Assembly (NCBI GenBank): GCA_964522415.1
Contig: CAZFVQ010000001.1
Span: forward strand, 131,569 to 195,568
DNA from: an uncultured Rikenellaceae bacterium
Lineage (GTDB): Bacteria; Bacteroidota; Bacteroidia; Bacteroidales; VadinHA17
Reading direction: 5' to 3'
DNA: 64,000 nucleotides
The translations under genes and the position numbers were made by a program. Positions 1 through 9,399 of the stretch are shown here, piece after piece. Every line of letters begins with the position of its first letter. The stretch's first letter is position 1. The notes under the pieces are model-generated. The model made no database searches. It worked only from the letters and a program-made list of their open reading frames with translations, and was not told the DNA's origin.

Positions 1-866
1 CCCTGGTAAACCCCGGGGATGAGGTTATCATACTGGCCCCCTACTGGGTGAGCTATTATGACCAGATACTGATTGCCGGCGGCAGGCCTGTCATTCTGGA
101 AACATCTATTGAGAATGACTTCAAGGTCAGTCCCGGCCAGCTTGAATCTGCGATTACTGATAAAACCAGGCTGGTAATCTTCAACTCGCCGTCAAACCCG
201 ACAGGAATGGTATATTCCCGCGGGGAACAGGAAGCGATAGCCCGGGTGATTCAAAGACATGAGGGAGTGTTCCTGATGTCGGATGAAGTTTATGAACATA
301 TTCTCTTTGAAGGGGAACATGTGAGCATGGCCTCATTCAACTTTATTTACGACAGGGTCATAACCGTAAATGCCGTTTCCAAGGCTTATGCCATGACGGG
401 ATGGAGAATAGGCTATATCGGTGCCCCGAAATGGATTGCTGATGCCTGTGACAAACTTCAGGGTCAGTTTACATCCGGGGCGAGTTCCATTGCCCAGCGG
501 GCAGCGCTTGCCGCTCTTGACGGAAAGGATGACTCCAGAGAGATGATGAGGGATGCTTTTCTCCGGCGCCGTGATCTGATCTGCAGACTCCTTGCAGAAA
601 TAAAAGGACTCAGGGTAAGGATTCCGCAGGGCGCCTTTTATGTTCTCCCTGATATAAGCTATTATCTTGGAAAATCAGACGGCACAAACATTGTAAGAAC
701 TGCTGACGACCTTGCACTCTGGCTTCTTGAGAGGGCCGGGGTGGCAACAGTGGGAGGCAATGCATTCGGAGCACCGGACTATATCAGGATATCATATGCA
801 AATTCCGATGATCTTCTCGTGGAAGCAGTCAGAAGGATTAAGGAAGCCCTGGAAAATCTGGAATAA
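1..866 (+). CDS. Class I/II PLP-dependent aminotransferase (aspartate/aromatic aminotransferase-like); 5' end cut by the window edge
   Basis: The frame is open from nt 3 (LVNPGDEVIILAPYWVSYYD), upstream of the listed GTG at 48. Family blocks NSPSNPTG and the PLP-lysine block SKAYAMTGWRIGY are present. Confidence 0.85.
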   Translation, partial: LVNPGDEVIILAPYWVSYYDQILIAGGRPVILETSIENDFKVSPGQLESAITDKTRLVIFNSPSNPTGMVYSRGEQEAIARVIQRHEGVFLMSDEVYEHILFEGEHVSMASFNFIYDRVITVNAVSKAYAMTGWRIGYIGAPKWIADACDKLQGQFTSGASSIAQRAALAALDGKDDSREMMRDAFLRRRDLICRLLAEIKGLRVRIPQGAFYVLPDISYYLGKSDGTNIVRTADDLALWLLERAGVATVGGNAFGAPDYIRISYANSDDLLVEAVRRIKEALENLE

Positions 867-920
867 TTTTTATTATCTTTATTTGTTAGAAAACAGGATC
901 ATAACTTAATATGTATTAAT

Positions 921-1478
921 ATGGTTTTACTTGTAATTCTGGGAATAATCGTACTCCTCATAATATGGGGTGTTTCCCTTTATAATCGTCTTATCCGCCT
1001 GAAAAACACCAGGGAACAATCATTTGCCGATGTTGATGTGCAACTGAAGCAGCGTCATGACATGATACCCCAGCTTGTTGATACGGTCAGGGGCTATATG
1101 CAGCACGAACGCGGAGTACTCACAGAGATCACTGAGGCACGTGCCAATGCAATGAGGGCCGGAACGATTGAAGAAAAGATTGCTGCCGAACAAAGACTGT
1201 CGACTGCGCTTGACGGACTGAGGGTGGCTGTGGAGGCCTATCCTGACCTGAAGGCAAGCCAGAACTTCCTTGACCTTCAGAATGAAATTTCCGATGTTGA
1301 GAATAAGATAGCTGCAGCACGCCGTTTCTTTAATTCAACAACAAAAGAACTCAATACTGCGGTTGAAATTTTCCCCTCAAATATTATTGCCGGTCTTTTC
1401 AATTTCAAAAGGGAAGTAATGTTCGATCTGGGTGAACAGCGCGCCACAGTGGAAGAACCGCCCAAGATTCAGTTCTGA
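921..1478 (+). CDS. lemA: LemA family membrane protein
   Basis: An N-terminal TM helix is followed by LemA-type blocks (LYNRLIRLKN, VDVQLKQRHDMIPQLV, AARRFFNSTTKELN). Confidence 0.85.
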   Translation: MVLLVILGIIVLLIIWGVSLYNRLIRLKNTREQSFADVDVQLKQRHDMIPQLVDTVRGYMQHERGVLTEITEARANAMRAGTIEEKIAAEQRLSTALDGLRVAVEAYPDLKASQNFLDLQNEISDVENKIAAARRFFNSTTKELNTAVEIFPSNIIAGLFNFKREVMFDLGEQRATVEEPPKIQF

Positions 1479-1486
1479 CAGGCAGT

Positions 1487-2455
1487 ATGAGCTATTTCGG
1501 ATTACAAAGCCATATCAGAAAGAACAACCGGAATTCCGTGATAATTCTGATCATGTTTCCTGTTGTTTTCATGATACTGACATGGCTTTTTTTCTTTCTG
1601 ACATCATTTGGGGGATCAGAATATTATGAGAGTGGACAGGGTCAGCTCAATTTTATTCCGGTGGTCAATATGAGATTCCTGAGAACAATTCCCTGGGTGA
1701 CAATGGGTGTCCTTACCTGGTTCACAATAGCCTGGTTTTCGCATACCACAATGATCAACAGTGCAACAGGCTCAAAGCCGCTGGAAAGAAAGGACAACAA
1801 ACGGATATACAACCTGGTGGAAAATCTTTGCATTTCCTGCGGAATGAAAATGCCCCGTGTGAATATAATTGAGGATGATTCACTTAATGCATTTGCAAGC
1901 GGTATCAATGATAAGACCTATACTGTATCACTCTCGAGGGGAATCATAAACAAGCTTGATGACCAGGAACTTGAAGCTGTAATTGCACATGAACTTACGC
2001 ATATCCGAAACCGTGACGTGAGACTGCTTATCATTTCAATAATATTTGTCGGGATATTTGCATTTATTTCTGAAACAATGTTCAGATCGGTAAGATTTGG
2101 AAACGTTTCACGGGACAGAAAAGGCAGCAGCGGACCTGCAATATTTATTGCCCTGATACTTGCTGCAATCGGTTATCTGATTGCATCTCTTTTCAGATTT
2201 GCCCTTTCACGGAAGCGGGAATACCTGGCTGATGGCGGTGCAGCGGAACTTACAAGAAACCCGGCGGCACTGGCATCGGCATTGAGGAAAATATCCGGCG
2301 ATCCGACTATTGAAGCTGTGAAACGCGGGGATGTTGCACAGATGTTTATCGAAAATCCTCAAAAGCAACTGAAGAAATCATCGGCATCCCTTTCAGGTCT
2401 TTTTGCAACTCATCCGCCTATTGAGAAGAGAATACAGATACTCGAGAATTTTTGA
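1487..2455 (+). CDS. M48 family zinc metallopeptidase (HtpX-like), membrane-bound
   Basis: HExxH motif HELTHIRNRD, several TM helices and a C-terminal THPPIEKRI block. It starts 8 nt after the lemA stop, which is the common LemA-M48 pairing. Confidence 0.85.
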   Translation: MSYFGLQSHIRKNNRNSVIILIMFPVVFMILTWLFFFLTSFGGSEYYESGQGQLNFIPVVNMRFLRTIPWVTMGVLTWFTIAWFSHTTMINSATGSKPLERKDNKRIYNLVENLCISCGMKMPRVNIIEDDSLNAFASGINDKTYTVSLSRGIINKLDDQELEAVIAHELTHIRNRDVRLLIISIIFVGIFAFISETMFRSVRFGNVSRDRKGSSGPAIFIALILAAIGYLIASLFRFALSRKREYLADGGAAELTRNPAALASALRKISGDPTIEAVKRGDVAQMFIENPQKQLKKSSASLSGLFATHPPIEKRIQILENF

Positions 2456-2474
2456 AAGAGGATGTACAGGAAAA

Positions 2475-3122
2475 TCATCCGCCGCCTTGTTTATTCTGTT
2501 TTTTTTGGAAAAGTCTGGGTTCTTCACCCTTTATCAGTCGTTTAATATTTGTCCTGTGTGTAACAACAAGGGCCAGGGCCAGCACTACTGAAAACACTTT
2601 AAACAGTAGGGAAGGGCTTCCGAAGATGGTCAGCAGAAAGACGGGAAAGCTGATTCCCGCGGATATCGAGGAAACGGATACAATTCCCGTGATCAGGAAG
2701 ATCACCAGGAAAATCCCAAGACAGGCAAGAGTTACCGGCGGATGAATAGCAAGAAGTATTCCGAACATTGTTGCAACTCCCTTTCCTCCCCTGAATCCGG
2801 CAAATACCGGGAATATATGCCCGACAATTGCAATAAGTCCTGTTAATACCTGAAGGTTGATCAGTTCCGGACTTCCTTCGGGCGCAAGGTGCAACAGGCG
2901 TGGAAGCATTGCGGCAAGAAATCCCTTTGCCAGGTCAAATATCAGTACAGGTATTCCCGTTTTCCATCCGAGTACCCTTATAACATTTGTTGCACCGGCA
3001 TTACCGCTTCCGTGTTTTCTTACGTCGGTGTTGTGAAAAATCCTGCCTGCCCATACTGCCGACGGAACGGATCCGAGCAGATAAGCGATGATTACTGTTG
3101 CCAGAACGCTGATAAAAGACAT
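2475..3122 (-). CDS. plsY: Glycerol-3-phosphate acyltransferase PlsY
   Basis: PlsY blocks LLGSVPSA, HGSGNAGATN and GGKGVAT; a polytopic membrane protein of 215 aa. Confidence 0.9.
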   Translation of the reverse strand: MSFISVLATVIIAYLLGSVPSAVWAGRIFHNTDVRKHGSGNAGATNVIRVLGWKTGIPVLIFDLAKGFLAAMLPRLLHLAPEGSPELINLQVLTGLIAIVGHIFPVFAGFRGGKGVATMFGILLAIHPPVTLACLGIFLVIFLITGIVSVSSISAGISFPVFLLTIFGSPSLLFKVFSVVLALALVVTHRTNIKRLIKGEEPRLFQKKQNKQGGG

Positions 3123-3133
3123 AAGGTAATATT

Positions 3134-4936
3134 TTATTGAATCCTGTTGAGGCGTGACCTGAGATCCCTGAACTGCTTATTCAGCTCTTCCGGAAGTTTC
3201 CGTCCGAAGCTTTCGAAATGGGTTGTTAACAGTTCCGTTTCGGCCAGCCATTCATTCCTGTCCACTTTCAGCAATTCCGGCAGGTTCTTTTCTATTCCTT
3301 CAAGACCGGAAATATCGATGCTTTCGGGTTTCGGAACATAGCCAACAGCAGTTTCCACCGCGTTGTCGGCTTCTTCAAGGCGTTCAAATATCCATTTGAG
3401 AGCCCTTATGTTGTCTCCGTATCCCGGCCACAGGTAGTTGCCCCCTGAATCTTTTCTGAACCAGTTTACATTGAATATGCGGGGAAGTTTATTTTTATCG
3501 GGTGCTTCCTCTCCGATTTTTATCCAGTGTGCAAAATAATCGGCCATATGATATCCGCAGAAGGGGAGCATTGCAAAGGGATCACGCCGGACTCCGGCTT
3601 TTAGACCTATTGCAGCGGCAGTAACTTCGGAACCGGCAATGGAACCCACAAAAACACCATGGTTCCAGTCGAATGACTGGTACACAAGCGGTAAAGTGTC
3701 CGGCCTCCGGCCACCGAAGAGGATTGCCGATACCGGGACTCCCCGGGGATTTTCCCAGTCGCTGTCTATTACAGGACACTGACTGGCAGGGGCAGTGAAA
3801 CGGGCATTGGGATGAGAAGCAGGTTTGCCGGATGCCGGATCATATTTTTCGTCTGTCCATGTAATTGTATCTTCAGGTATATCGCAGCCTATTCCTTCCC
3901 ACCAGATATCTCCGCCGGGTGTGAGGGCAGTATTGGTGAATATTGTATTTGCCCTGCATGAAAGCATGGCATTGGGATTGGTCTTCATGGAAGTATTGGG
4001 AGCCACTCCAAAAAATCCGTATTCGGGATTGATGGCATACAGACGTCCGTCTTCCCCGAATTTCATCCAGGCTATGTCATCTCCCACGCATTCGACTTTC
4101 CATCCCGGAATGGACGGGATCAGCATGGCAAGATTGGTTTTTCCGCATGCGCTGGGGAAGGCTGCGGCAAAATATTTCTTAAGACCTTTCGGATTGGTGA
4201 TGCCCATTATGAGCATATGTTCCGCAAGCCATCCTTGCTTGCGGGCCATGTTCGAAGCAATCCTCAGTGCAAAGCATTTCTTGCCCAGGAGCGCGTTTCC
4301 CCCGTAACCGCTGCCAAATGACCATATTTCATTGGTTTCGGGAAAATGGCTTATATATTTATTGTCTATATCCGGGGCACAGGGCCATTTTTTGTCTTTT
4401 TCACCCGGCTGAAGAGGCGCCCCGACGGAATGAACACAGGGAACAAATGAACCATTCTCGCCCAGGATGTCCAGAACAGCTTTGCCCATGCGGGTCATTA
4501 TTCTCATGTTGGCAACAACATACGGCGAATCGGTTATCTCAACGCCGATATGTGAGATATCCGATCCAAGCGGTCCCATGCTGAAAGGTATGATATACAT
4601 TGTTCGTCCTTTCATACAGCCCCGGTAGAATGAACGGAGAGTATCCTTCATCTCAGCCGGATCGCTCCAGTTGTTTGAAGGACCTGCATCTTCCTGTTTT
4701 TCAGAACATATAAATGTACGGTTTTCCACACGGGCAACATCACTGGGATCACTCTGAAAATAATAGCTTCCCGGACGCTTATTATCATTGAGCTTAACGC
4801 AATTTCCGTTTTTTACCATCATATCCATCAGTATCTGATTCTCTTCATCAGAACCGTCGCACCAATGAATACTGTCAGGCTGGCAAAGCCCGGCCCATTC
4901 CTTCACCCATCCGTTTAGTTTCTCATTTTTTGTCAT
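3134..4936 (-). CDS. pckG: Phosphoenolpyruvate carboxykinase (GTP)
   Basis: GTP-PEPCK P-loop [13 protein letters not shown] and the overall ~600 aa layout. The ORF track starts at 4969 (MIRKEE). The ATG at 4936 (MTKNEKL) fits better downstream of the TAnnTTTG motif at 4985-4992, but the start remains uncertain. Confidence 0.9.
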   Translation of the reverse strand: MTKNEKLNGWVKEWAGLCQPDSIHWCDGSDEENQILMDMMVKNGNCVKLNDNKRPGSYYFQSDPSDVARVENRTFICSEKQEDAGPSNNWSDPAEMKDTLRSFYRGCMKGRTMYIIPFSMGPLGSDISHIGVEITDSPYVVANMRIMTRMGKAVLDILGENGSFVPCVHSVGAPLQPGEKDKKWPCAPDIDNKYISHFPETNEIWSFGSGYGGNALLGKKCFALRIASNMARKQGWLAEHMLIMGITNPKGLKKYFAAAFPSACGKTNLAMLIPSIPGWKVECVGDDIAWMKFGEDGRLYAINPEYGFFGVAPNTSMKTNPNAMLSCRANTIFTNTALTPGGDIWWEGIGCDIPEDTITWTDEKYDPASGKPASHPNARFTAPASQCPVIDSDWENPRGVPVSAILFGGRRPDTLPLVYQSFDWNHGVFVGSIAGSEVTAAAIGLKAGVRRDPFAMLPFCGYHMADYFAHWIKIGEEAPDKNKLPRIFNVNWFRKDSGGNYLWPGYGDNIRALKWIFERLEEADNAVETAVGYVPKPESIDISGLEGIEKNLPELLKVDRNEWLAETELLTTHFESFGRKLPEELNKQFRDLRSRLNRIQ

Positions 4937-4984
4937 ATATATATTTTTATATTCTTCCTTCCGGATCAATTGTAAAAATCACTT

Positions 4985-4992
4985 CAAATATA
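4985..4992 (-). promoter_or_regulatory. Bacteroidota -7 promoter motif TATATTTG (TAnnTTTG) upstream of the PEPCK gene
   Basis: Exact consensus match on the minus strand, in the intergenic gap after the ppdK terminator. Confidence 0.45.
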
Positions 4993-5027
4993 TAAATAGA
5001 TTCCGTTTCTGATGCAGACCAGTTGTT

Positions 5028-5062
5028 AAAAAAAGAAAAGGGCGCTGAGAATCAACGCCCTT
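5028..5062 (-). terminator. Rho-independent terminator downstream of ppdK
   Basis: The minus-strand RNA forms AAGGGCG-(11 nt loop)-CGCCCUU, followed by UUUUCUUUUUUU, 24 nt after the ppdK stop. Confidence 0.8.
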
Positions 5063-5085
5063 CGATTATCATGCGGATAATTTTA

Positions 5086-7812
5086 TTATTTTCCGAATTT
5101 GATTGAAGCCTGTGCTGCGGCAAGTCTGGCTATCGGAACCCTGTAGGGTGAGCAGCTTACATATGTAAGTCCGTTTTTGTAGCAGAATTCAACTGAAGCC
5201 GGATCTCCGCCCTGTTCCCCGCAGATGCCTATTTTCAGTCCGGGCCTGGTTGTGCGGCCTTTTTCCACTGACATTGTTATGAGTTGCCCCACACCTTCAA
5301 TATCGATAGTCTGAAAGGGATCAGCCTGAAGCATTTTCTTGTCGAGATAATCATGGAGGAAGCCTCCTATGTCATCGCGGCTGAATCCGAATGCCATCTG
5401 GGAAAGGTCGTTGGTGCCGAAGGAAAAGAACTCGGCTGATTTGGCCATCTGGTCAGAAAGCAATGCTGCCCTCGGTATTTCAATCATTGTACCGTAGCTG
5501 TAACTGATTTTGTCAACACCGAACTTCCTGCATACCTCATCATGGATCTTATCCACTGTTATTTTGGTTTCATCGAGTTCTGACACATCACAGGTAACCG
5601 GTACCATCAGTTCCGGAAGAGGATTCCTGCCTTCCCTGATAAGTTCCATTGAAGCTTCAAACATAGCTCTTACCTGCATTTCGGTAACTTCGGGATATGT
5701 TATTGAAAGGCGCACGCCGCGATGTCCCATCATTGGATTTGACTCACTGAGTGCTTCACCTCTCTGGATAATTTCTCCCAGACTGATTCCAAGAGCTTTG
5801 GCCAGTTCCTGCTGCTTGTCCTTGCTCTGTGGAACAAATTCATGAAGCGGGGGATCAAGAAGTCTGAAAGTGACAGGCTTTCCATCCATTGCTTCAAGAG
5901 TTTCCTTCATGTCCTTTTTGGTAAATCCGATAAGTTCATCGAGGGCCTGGCGGCGCTCATTTTCATTGGCACTGAGTATCATTTTCCTCAGCAGGAACAA
6001 TGGTTTTTCCGAATTTTTTCCGTAGAACATGTGTTCAGTACGGAACAATCCGATGCCTTCAGCTCCGAAATCCAGGGCAAGCCTGGCATCTTCAGGTGTT
6101 TCAGCATTGGTACGGACACCCATTGTACGGTATTTGTCAACCAGTGTCATGAATTCCCTGAATCTTGGATTTTCCGATGCATCAATAAGGTTCACCGGGA
6201 CGTTGTAAACACTGCCTTTCGTTCCGTTAAGGGTCAGAACATCACCTTCCCTGATAACGATATCTGTTCCGCTTACTTTTGCTGTTTTGGTGTTCGCATC
6301 AACATTAAGTCCTCCTGCGCCCACGATGCAGCATTTGCCCCAGCCGCGTGCCACAAGTGCAGCATGTGAAGTCATTCCGCCGCGTGCAGTAAGAATTCCC
6401 TCTGCTACTCTCATGCCTTCAACATCTTCCGGATTGGTTTCCTCGCGGAGAAGAATAACTTTCTCACCCTTGCGGAACCATGCCACTGCGTCTTCTGCAG
6501 AAAAGACTACTCTGCCCACTGCAGCACCCGGACCGGCGGGAAGACCTTTCACCAGGGGAGTCATTTTCTTTTCAGCTTCAGGATCACAAATAGGATGAAG
6601 CAGTTCATCAAGCTGTACCGGATCGACTCTCATTACAGCTGTTTTTTCATCTATCAGACCTTCATGAAGCATGTCCATAGCCATATTCAGGGCTGCGGTT
6701 CCGGTCCTTTTGCCTGTCCGGCTCTGAAGCATGTAAAGAACACCTTCCTGGATTGTAAATTCCACATCCTGCATGTCGCGGAATGAATTTTCCAGAATCT
6801 CACGTATGTTACGCAGTTCCCTGTATGGTCCGGGCATGGATTCTTCCATGCTCTTCAGATGCATGTTCTGCTCGTTCTTTGTTTCATCGTTCAGGGGACT
6901 GGGGGTACGGATACCTGCCACAACATCCTCTCCCTGGGCATTGATAAGCCATTCGCCGTAGAAGAGGTTTTCGCCGGTGGCGGGATTACGCGTGAATGCA
7001 ACACCGGTTGCTGATGTATCACCCATATTGCCATATACCATTGCCTGTACGTTCACGGCTGTTCCCCATTCATCCGGAATACCTTCTATACGGCGATAGG
7101 ATATGGCTTTTTTCCCGTTCCAGCTTTTGAAAACAGCTTTAATACTTCCTTCAAGTTGCTCCCTGGCATCGTCCGGAAATGGTTTGCCAAGGACTTCCTT
7201 AACCGTTTTCTTGAATTCCTCTGCAATATATTTCATTTCATCAGCCTGAATATCAGTATCTGATTTATAGCCTTTTTCCTTTTTGAATTCCTCGAATTTT
7301 TCCTCAAGTGTCTTTCTTATGCCTTGTCCGTCAACAGGATCTATTCCTTCAGCCTTTTCCATAACCACATCGGCATACATCATTATCAGCCTGCGGTAGG
7401 AATCCCATACGAAGCGGGGATTGTTGGTTTTCTTTAGAAAACCGGGGATTGTTGCTGAACTGAGTCCGATATTAAGAACAGTGTCCATCATTCCGGGCAT
7501 GGACCTGCGTGCGCCTGAACGGCAGGATACCAGTAATGCATTTTCCGGGTCACCATAAATCATTCCCATGGCCTTTTCAGTGCCTTTCATTGCATCCCAT
7601 ACTTCGGGCATCAGATCAGGATGAAGGGTGAGATTGTTTTCATAATACTCCGTACAGGCTTCAGTAGTAATAGTGAAACCTGCCGGTACCGGTAGGCCCA
7701 GCAGACACATTTCTGCAAGGTTGGCTCCCTTCCCCCCGAGAAGGTTTTTCATATCAGCATTGCCCTCGGCAGTCTTGTTTCCAAAGGAGTAAACTCTTTT
7801 TAATTTTGACAT
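5086..7812 (-). CDS. ppdK: Pyruvate, phosphate dikinase
   Basis: 908 aa with an ATP-grasp N-terminus, the phospho-histidine swivel block GGMTSHAALVARGWGK and the C-terminal PEP/pyruvate barrel block FFSFGTNDLSQ. Confidence 0.95.
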   Translation of the reverse strand: MSKLKRVYSFGNKTAEGNADMKNLLGGKGANLAEMCLLGLPVPAGFTITTEACTEYYENNLTLHPDLMPEVWDAMKGTEKAMGMIYGDPENALLVSCRSGARRSMPGMMDTVLNIGLSSATIPGFLKKTNNPRFVWDSYRRLIMMYADVVMEKAEGIDPVDGQGIRKTLEEKFEEFKKEKGYKSDTDIQADEMKYIAEEFKKTVKEVLGKPFPDDAREQLEGSIKAVFKSWNGKKAISYRRIEGIPDEWGTAVNVQAMVYGNMGDTSATGVAFTRNPATGENLFYGEWLINAQGEDVVAGIRTPSPLNDETKNEQNMHLKSMEESMPGPYRELRNIREILENSFRDMQDVEFTIQEGVLYMLQSRTGKRTGTAALNMAMDMLHEGLIDEKTAVMRVDPVQLDELLHPICDPEAEKKMTPLVKGLPAGPGAAVGRVVFSAEDAVAWFRKGEKVILLREETNPEDVEGMRVAEGILTARGGMTSHAALVARGWGKCCIVGAGGLNVDANTKTAKVSGTDIVIREGDVLTLNGTKGSVYNVPVNLIDASENPRFREFMTLVDKYRTMGVRTNAETPEDARLALDFGAEGIGLFRTEHMFYGKNSEKPLFLLRKMILSANENERRQALDELIGFTKKDMKETLEAMDGKPVTFRLLDPPLHEFVPQSKDKQQELAKALGISLGEIIQRGEALSESNPMMGHRGVRLSITYPEVTEMQVRAMFEASMELIREGRNPLPELMVPVTCDVSELDETKITVDKIHDEVCRKFGVDKISYSYGTMIEIPRAALLSDQMAKSAEFFSFGTNDLSQMAFGFSRDDIGGFLHDYLDKKMLQADPFQTIDIEGVGQLITMSVEKGRTTRPGLKIGICGEQGGDPASVEFCYKNGLTYVSCSPYRVPIARLAAAQASIKFGK

Positions 7813-7861
7813 AATTGTATTGTTTTGAGATAAAAAAATAATGATTTTCGGAAATAAGCCG

Positions 7862-7869
7862 CAAATTTA
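7862..7869 (-). promoter_or_regulatory. -7 promoter motif TAAATTTG upstream of ppdK
   Basis: Exact TAnnTTTG match 50 nt upstream of the ppdK ATG. Confidence 0.45.
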
Positions 7870-7911
7870 ATATTTATTATTGAATTTCAGAAATCATGTT
7901 TTATCCCCTTT

Positions 7912-8811
7912 TCATGCCCTGGGATGAAACATCAGAAGGGTATCCCGGAGGTAACTCCTGTCAATATGTGTGTAGATTTCCGTCGTCATAATGGATTCAT
8001 GACCAAGCATTTCCTGAACTGCCCTCAGGTCAGCACCTCCTTCAATCAGATGGGTGGCAAAAGAATGCCGGAATGTGTGCGGACTGATTTTTTTTGTGAT
8101 TCCGGCACGGGCAGCAAGATCTTTTATAATAATGAATATCATTTCCCTGGATAGTTTCCGGCCACGGCGGCTGAGGAAAACAATATTCTGGTCATATATT
8201 GCCGGAAGCCTGTTCCGGTCGGTTTTATATGTATCTATTTCCTTCAGTGCCCTTTTGCTGACCGGAACCAGTCTCTGCTTGCTGCCTTTCCCGCTTACGG
8301 ATATGTATCCTTCCCCGTAATGAATGTCGGTAAGACGGAGACTAAGCAATTCACTCACTCTCAGGCCGCATCCGTACAGTGTTTCAATTATCGCCCTGTT
8401 GCGGTGACCTTCCGGCCTGCTCAGGTCAATTTTGGATATCATGCTGTCTATCTCTTGAACTGACAAAACCTCAGGCAGTTTCAGTCCGGTCTTTGGTGAT
8501 TCGATCAGAGCGGCCGGGTTTTCACTGATTTCTTCCTCAATCAGCAAAAACCTGAAGAATGATCTGATTCCGGAAATAGTCCGTGACTGGGTTTTTGCAC
8601 TGGGATTCCCGCTTCCGTACCATGCAAGGAAATCCCGGAGATCATCGTATGTCACTTCAGCGGGTATCCGGCCGGGGTTGTGAAGTTCAAAGTAATCCAT
8701 GAGCTTAAGCACATCACCGGTATAGGCCGATATGCTGTTGCCGGAGAGGGATTTCTCCAGGCGCAGATAAGTTCCGAAATCCCTGACAGCCTGTTTCCAG
8801 CTTAAACTCAT
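7912..8811 (-). CDS. xerD: Site-specific tyrosine recombinase XerD (chromosome dimer resolution type)
   Basis: Catalytic blocks HTFRHSFATHL and LGHESIMTTEIYTH, 299 aa, N-terminal SAM-like core-binding domain. It lies divergent from aroQ in a housekeeping setting, with no flanking mobile-element features. Confidence 0.85.
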   Translation of the reverse strand: MSLSWKQAVRDFGTYLRLEKSLSGNSISAYTGDVLKLMDYFELHNPGRIPAEVTYDDLRDFLAWYGSGNPSAKTQSRTISGIRSFFRFLLIEEEISENPAALIESPKTGLKLPEVLSVQEIDSMISKIDLSRPEGHRNRAIIETLYGCGLRVSELLSLRLTDIHYGEGYISVSGKGSKQRLVPVSKRALKEIDTYKTDRNRLPAIYDQNIVFLSRRGRKLSREMIFIIIKDLAARAGITKKISPHTFRHSFATHLIEGGADLRAVQEMLGHESIMTTEIYTHIDRSYLRDTLLMFHPRA

Positions 8812-8960
8812 GTGAGAAAATCAATAGGACAGGACATTTTGAATAATGAATGACACGATGTCTGCCGCCCAAAGTTAATCAAAATAGCAGGTCTGCAATT
8901 ATATGGGAACCATTGATTTTTTATCTATTTTTACCCTTTGAAAGAATTTTATTATTTATA

Positions 8961-9395
8961 ATGAAGATCAGCATAATAAATGGCCCCAATCTCAATCTCC
9001 TCGGAAGGAGGGAGCCGAAAAAATACGGATCAGTATCGTTTGAGGATTATCTTGATCAGCTAAAGACAAGGTTTTCCGGTATTGAATTCAGCTATTTTCA
9101 GTCAAACATTGAAGGAGAGATAATTGATGAGATCCAGAACAGGGGGTTTTCAGCAGACGGAATTATTATCAATGCCGGAGGATATACCCATTCCTCGGTG
9201 GCAATTGCCGATGCCATCGCATCGGTGACTGCACCGGCCATAGAGGTTCATATTACCAATATCGGGATACGTGAAGCATTCAGGCATACCAGTCTTGTTG
9301 CACGCAGCTGCAGAGGTTCTGTGATCGGTCTGGGTCTGGACGGCTACAGACTGGGAGTGGAGGCGCTGATTGAAATTAAGACAAACGGGAATTAA
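8961..9395 (+). CDS. aroQ: 3-dehydroquinate dehydratase, type II
   Basis: MKISIINGPNLNLLGRREP..YG is the canonical type II DHQase N-terminus. The 37 codons the ORF track adds upstream look non-coding. Confidence 0.9.
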   Translation: MKISIINGPNLNLLGRREPKKYGSVSFEDYLDQLKTRFSGIEFSYFQSNIEGEIIDEIQNRGFSADGIIINAGGYTHSSVAIADAIASVTAPAIEVHITNIGIREAFRHTSLVARSCRGSVIGLGLDGYRLGVEALIEIKTNGN

Positions 9396-9399
9396 AAAA

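Noticed and set aside
5510-6961. A series of plus-strand ORFs of 60-175 aa inside ppdK.
   Set aside because: All are antisense to a full-length, motif-rich PPDK and show no family signatures, so they are chance ORFs.
7912-8811. The tyrosine recombinase considered as a marker of an integrated mobile element.
   Set aside because: It has XerD-type length and motifs, and housekeeping neighbours (ppdK, aroQ). There are no flanking direct repeats, tRNA or cargo genes, so it is consistent with the chromosomal dimer-resolution recombinase.
8850-8960. N-terminal extensions offered by the ORF track for aroQ (8850). The same applies to pyk (9370), the SPOR protein (40154), relA/spoT (46375), the kinase (18255) and the T9SS cargo (11387).
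   Set aside because: The extensions use TTG or GTG starts, or upstream ATGs. They encode non-protein-like residues and overlap the preceding gene or a TAnnTTTG promoter motif. The canonical family N-terminus begins at the internal ATG in each case.
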